Positions 37,901-40,288 of a stretch of 40,288 bases of DNA are shown here, in pieces. A model generated the notes under the pieces. That model was not told the DNA's origin and made no database searches. It saw only the letters and a program-made list of their open reading frames with translations. A program made the position numbers and the translations under genes. The first letter of the stretch is position 1, and each line of letters opens with the position of its first letter. The DNA is from Alphaproteobacteria bacterium UBA2562 (lineage in GTDB: Bacteria; Pseudomonadota; Alphaproteobacteria; UBA2562): positions 1-40,288 of the forward strand of contig DDLW01000274.1 of NCBI GenBank assembly GCA_002340345.1, read 5' to 3'.

Positions 37901-39461
37901 CACGTTCATTGGCGCTGGGACTGGCAATCTGTTTATCGCGGATGGTCTGGTTGAATCAGAGCATGACGGCAATGATATCATGATCGGCGGCGGTGTTCAG
38001 AGTGCTTTTATCGCTGGAGGTGGCGACGATATTCTCATCGGGGGGGGCTCGCAAAATCTGATGTCCGCTGGGAGCGGCAATGACATCATCATCGGCGGCG
38101 GTACCAACAACACCATCCTCGCCGGGCAAGGCGATGACATTGTCATCGGCGGCGGTCTTCATTCGACGGTGCGCGGCGGCGAAGGCAATGATTTTGTGAT
38201 GGGCTTTGGCTGGGGGACCCTGCGCAGCTTACCCGAAGACATGCTCACCCGTTTTGAGAGCGAAATCGACACTTTTGTCGATGCCATGGCCACGATGTGG
38301 GACAGCCTCGCCGACACGGCCGGTGATATTATGACCACCCTTTCCTCTGTCTTTGACAGTCTTCAAGATACGGGCACGTTACAGAATTTCCAAGGCCTTG
38401 ATGATAAAAGCGATGCTGAAAGTGGCGGCGGCGTGACAGGCGGTGCTGGAGACACACTCTCCGACAGCGCCAACGCCCTGGATGGCAAAAGCGCTGGAGG
38501 CAATAGCGATGCCGAAGCCGACCGCACCGAAGCCGTGAGCACCGTCCGAGAGGCCGTGTCCAGCGCGTCTAACAATGACGACCCCGCAGCAGAAGCCGGC
38601 CAAAACCGCGCCGAGGCCCAGAGTTCTGTCAGCGATGCCACACAAACCAGCAGTGATGCGAGCGCTCATATTGCCGAAAGCATGGAGTCCGTGAGCAGTC
38701 TCGCCCAGCTGGCAGGAGCGGCAACCCTGCCCTCAGGCCTTGGCCTCCTCAACGCCCTGCAAAATTCCGATCAAGCCCCAGAAAACGCCATCATGCGGGA
38801 AAGTTTCCTTGGCGGCGAGGGGAATGATACGGTGATGGGCGGCTTCGGCGATGATTTCCTCGCTGGAGGATCAGGCTCCGATACTTATGCCTATTGGCTT
38901 GGCGATGGCAATGACATTATCAATGATGCCGATGACAGCGGCACGGCTGGCTCTGAAACCGATACCCTGCAAATCAATACCGCCTTCGGCCCCTTCCAAG
39001 GGTTTGACGCTATGGAGGGCATTCGCTTCAGCTTAAGTGAGGATGGCAGTGATTTGACCATCGAATTCACCATTGGCGAGAGTGAAACAGCCTTTGGGTC
39101 GATCCTTCTCGAAGATATGGACGATGAGGCCAGTGCCATCGAGAATCTGCAAGTGGTCGATGATGGCCAGATCCATGAACTCAGCCTGACGGAAATCTAT
39201 GATAGCCTCAAAGCAGAGAGCCAATTCGAAGCGGGGGCAACCTCTGGCGACAACAGCACGCTAGGAAATGACGCAGAAACAACAGCCCCCGACCCCATGC
39301 TCAACCTCCAAGACGCCCTCAGTCGCTTCATGGACCAACAGGCCCCCGCAGAGGAAGGGGATGATCCCTCGGGCATGGCCGCCCCCGACATGCTTCCCCT
39401 GGCCGATCAAGAGGGTGGCGATCAGGCTTCCAATGATGGCGACATGATGATGGGACGGTAA
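34956..39461 (+). CDS. Large acidic RTX-family (MARTX-C-repeat-like) type I secretion substrate
   Basis: Dozens of GGxGxD repeats with 18-20-aa period, no signal peptide, no Cys seen, C-terminal GSDTY.Y..GDGND.I.D...DTL...IENL haemolysin-type Ca-binding region; GGAGA RBS. Confidence 0.93.
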   Translation: MGSNSSSSTPPPRGFYDQPRWWQELAGSPHAHGYDDNPDLADDVNENTWWGDIHVSTGAGHDRIIADSETGDIYADGGSGNDSINADTLSGDIRLDGGSGHDHIIADSWTGDIDVDAGSGDDVVYAETETGDITLKGGAGNDRLYADTWVEATIDGGSGDDIIEIDTLVSATAYGGTGNDTIKLWGLSVEAYGGSGDDKIDAYGLYAKVDGGSGNDQIQAWGGYAKVDGGSGDDLILAVGGYANIEAGDGDDTVLALGLYANVEGGGGDDLLIAVGGAATMDGGSGDDIMISAGYVANIMTGGDGNDIMIGIGTLNWMEGGRGDDIMVGGGVANIMAGGEGNDIMVGAGTANIMAGGEGNDIMIGGGGANLMLGGSGDDIMVGGGLANIMFGDAQSLDLSGLQEALKEAVTNGGNTDSLDVGDRLLDALRSQEGDGDDIMVGGGKANVMVGGGKANVMIGGGGNDIMVGDGLANIMFGDGVISRSAEEIATLQAARDEALEAFQTRENEIMEAPFDYPSWNYFGHSFELNDAQKERYREEETARREAQLYEERQELLKDYPLDHDGDDIMLGGGKANIMVAGGGDDILIGGGMMNVMLGDTVALSALPTFGIPTASLDENAPQEQLSDLLGFINDIAAAQTNATEMVYSTLLEKVGGALENMESGYGHDVMAGGGQSNFMFGGSGNDVMIGGGKNNLMSGDSGNDLMIGGGKTNIMAGGQGNDILLGGGKTNVLDGGEGRDVLVGGGKENSMFGQDGDDIIIGGGLENDLQGGKGDDIIVGGGGDNELTGNEGNDILIGGGLGNVMYGDSSPNFDSGSFSDPGDAIATFAALVAVKATGEVQEALEEDPTLLDNALNMPGGPSGDMVEAIGEGLDGAAETAGTLLNTAEDAVAAAMDHANQNPGASLGESAAAGFASMEDAYKDDIDAVSDFLGDHMADTFDSMASYFPQLKASATGPDGNGDDIMIGGGAKNIMVGSGGDDTFIGAGTGNLFIADGLVESEHDGNDIMIGGGVQSAFIAGGGDDILIGGGSQNLMSAGSGNDIIIGGGTNNTILAGQGDDIVIGGGLHSTVRGGEGNDFVMGFGWGTLRSLPEDMLTRFESEIDTFVDAMATMWDSLADTAGDIMTTLSSVFDSLQDTGTLQNFQGLDDKSDAESGGGVTGGAGDTLSDSANALDGKSAGGNSDAEADRTEAVSTVREAVSSASNNDDPAAEAGQNRAEAQSSVSDATQTSSDASAHIAESMESVSSLAQLAGAATLPSGLGLLNALQNSDQAPENAIMRESFLGGEGNDTVMGGFGDDFLAGGSGSDTYAYWLGDGNDIINDADDSGTAGSETDTLQINTAFGPFQGFDAMEGIRFSLSEDGSDLTIEFTIGESETAFGSILLEDMDDEASAIENLQVVDDGQIHELSLTEIYDSLKAESQFEAGATSGDNSTLGNDAETTAPDPMLNLQDALSRFMDQQAPAEEGDDPSGMAAPDMLPLADQEGGDQASNDGDMMMGR
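36271..36329 (+). repeat. Perfect 27-bp tandem duplication inside the RTX gene
   Basis: TCATGGTCGGCGGCGGCAAAGCCAATG x2 (36271-36297, 36298-36324) plus TCATG. Confidence 0.95.
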
Positions 39462-39472
39462 CATGCCGACAC

Positions 39473-40126
39473 TCACCCAAACTTAAAATATGTTGCATGA
39501 TCTGGCATCTCAACATCAGGGAGATTGCGCGGATCGGGAATGGCAGGCTGCATTTGTAAGCTCAAAGGGATAACACCGGCCCAAATGGGCAGGCTGTAAT
39601 CGTCTTCGTCATCCTGAACACCACCGGTTCTGATTTTCGCCGAGGCCTCTTCAATGGGCAAAGAGAGCACAGAGGTTGCCTTGGCTTCTTGTTCTGTCAT
39701 GGGGCGCAGCTGGTCCCATCGGCCAGGATAGAAATGTTCAATCAGGTTTTTGAGCTTTTCGACCTTTTGATCCGGATCTGTGACTTCTTGCGGGCGGCCA
39801 AAAATCATCGCCGCGCGGAAATTGGCGGAATGATGCATGGCGCTGCGGGCTAAGACCAAGCCATCGAAAAGGGAAACGGTCACGCAAACCTCTTGAGTCA
39901 AAGCGGCCCGGAGCCCTCTTGCTGCGGATGAGGCATGCCAATAGACATGATCGCCTTCGCGCCATTGCAATGTCGGCATCACAATCGGACTGCCATTGAG
40001 CGTGTAGCCAATATGGCAAAGGGGCATGGCGTCTAAGATGGCATAGAGGGTCTCACGATCAAAAGCCCCCCGTTGAGGGGCGCGCCGTAGCCGTGTGCGG
40101 TCTGTGATCGGTAAAATGTCTGACAT
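39473..40126 (-). CDS. Pyridoxamine 5'-phosphate oxidase-like (NimA-type) flavin-nucleotide-binding protein
   Basis: RLRR.P.RG.FDR..LY.ILD...CH.G, DGLVLARSAMHHSANFR, EASAKIR.G...D.EDD..LPIWAGV.P. Confidence 0.88.
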   Translation of the reverse strand: MSDILPITDRTRLRRAPQRGAFDRETLYAILDAMPLCHIGYTLNGSPIVMPTLQWREGDHVYWHASSAARGLRAALTQEVCVTVSLFDGLVLARSAMHHSANFRAAMIFGRPQEVTDPDQKVEKLKNLIEHFYPGRWDQLRPMTEQEAKATSVLSLPIEEASAKIRTGGVQDDEDDYSLPIWAGVIPLSLQMQPAIPDPRNLPDVEMPDHATYFKFG

Positions 40127-40288
40127 AGCTCAAAACTTTCAAAAATAAAGACCTCTGCATAATGGTTGATTTTTCTGTTTGTCTTTTTCGGCTTCTGTTT
40201 TTGCAGGTTATTTTGGCCGAATTTGGCTCTATAAGTGGCACTTTAGGGTTGTTTTCGGCTTTCTCCTTCCTTTTTAGGCGGACTCCGG

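Noticed and set aside
40223-40245. TGG direct repeats (TGGCTCT/TGGCACT) as a MocR-type operator upstream of the NimA-like gene
   Set aside because: Plausible for this gene family but too short, and no regulator gene is visible before the window ends

Overview
Chromosomal window from what looks like an alphaproteobacterium (Rhodospirillales-like, inferred from gene families, gene order and RIME-like repeats). It has three parts. (1) A backbone of chemoreceptors (three MCPs, one a protoglobin-MCP-CZB sensor), cbiD, pyrD, hemerythrin, amidase, DUF2889, an unusual outer-membrane barrel protein, asnB, an O-antigen-ligase-like gene, cobD/cbiB, a TPR gene, pheA and cycM. (2) An isolated [NiFe]-hydrogenase maturation cassette (hupF-G-H-J-K-hypA-hypB plus a C-terminal-only hypF) with no structural or hypCDE genes, bracketed within about 12 bp on both sides by direct copies of a ~107-bp RIME-like element. 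(3) The strongest candidate for a new system, a type I secretion locus at 28786-39461. Its HlyD-type adaptor carries an N-terminal cyclic-nucleotide-binding domain, followed upstream by a HlyB ABC transporter, two small paralogous proteins and a tandem two-domain HlyC-type acyltransferase with one apparently inactive domain. Divergent from these is a 1501-aa acidic protein made of MARTX-like 18-20-aa repeats, with a Gly-Gly-Gly-Lys ladder and no recognisable pore-forming or effector domain. Several dispersed intergenic repeats and motifs were found by eye. All calls rest on motif recognition only; no database searches were run.
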